DNA from: Candidatus Shapirobacteria bacterium
Lineage (GTDB): Bacteria > Patescibacteriota > Microgenomatia > VGLL01
Assembly: GCA_016866735.1 (NCBI GenBank)
Contig: VGLL01000001.1
Coordinates: 1 to 60,671 of the forward strand
Direction: 5' to 3'
Length of the DNA: 60,671 nt
The translations under genes and the position numbers were made by a program. Shown here in pieces: positions 60,561 to 60,671 of this stretch. Each line of letters begins with the position of its first letter. Positions within the stretch are counted from its first letter, which is position 1. Under the pieces are notes generated by a model that worked only from the letters and a program-made list of their open reading frames with translations, was not told the DNA's origin and did no database searches.

Positions 60561-60671
60561 AAAACATTCATTTAAAGGCCCTACAATTTATACAACTTTT
60601 AAATAAGGCGGGCATACCAGTATCTAAGGCCTACTTGTTTGGTTCTTACGCCAGGGGAACGGCTGATGAAA
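60557..60671 (+). CDS. minimal nucleotidyltransferase (MNT) domain protein, N-terminal fragment (runs off the window)
   Basis: My own translation gives MKNIHLKALQFIQLLNKAGIPVSKAYLFGSYARGTADE, containing the pol-beta NTase G-S-x-A-R-G motif. Confidence 0.65.
   Translation, partial: MKNIHLKALQFIQLLNKAGIPVSKAYLFGSYARGTADE

Overview
The window is a compact, mostly co-directional bacterial fragment with many overlapping start and stop codons. No rRNA, CRISPR array, integrase or transposase was seen. By inference, the gene content and streamlined organisation resemble a Patescibacteria/CPR-type genome.

The housekeeping backbone is:
- a dcw/mur cell-wall cluster (murE, an Mpl-like ligase, murA, ddl, a murF-like gene, mraY, ftsW, murG, ftsA)
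- polX, lemA-htpX, gatCAB, dnaE, rplS, lgt
- lower glycolysis genes (ppsA, eno, gpmI)
- uvrB, uvrA, uvrC, secG
- three standard tRNAs: Gly-CCC, Asp-GTC and Leu-TAG

The non-backbone content stands out in six places:
1. An A+T-rich island lies between uvrA and uvrC. It carries a type III restriction-modification system whose mod and res genes are separated by four extra genes: a TM protein, a BRO-N-like protein, a KTSC protein and a NYN protein. These are organised as cassettes delimited by three copies of the first 26 nt of res.
2. A divergent CYTH / (nucleoside-2-deoxyribosyltransferase-like + RHH) gene pair shares an operator-like palindrome. It is flanked by a frameshifted nrdJ, a multiply frameshifted rsmI and a DUF3800 gene.
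3. A tRNA-Asp gene sits inside the anticodon region of a second tRNA-like gene.
4. A LysW-like zinc ribbon, a threonine-synthase-fold PLP enzyme and an ATP-grasp enzyme are embedded in the dcw cluster, which also contains an ATE/Bpt-like transferase.
5. murG carries an in-frame 72-bp insertion bounded by 10-bp direct repeats.
6. At the right edge there is a tRNA-Leu / GIY-YIG / tRNA-remnant arrangement followed by a HEPN-MNT pair.

All functional calls rest on motif recognition by eye in the supplied translations. No database search was run.
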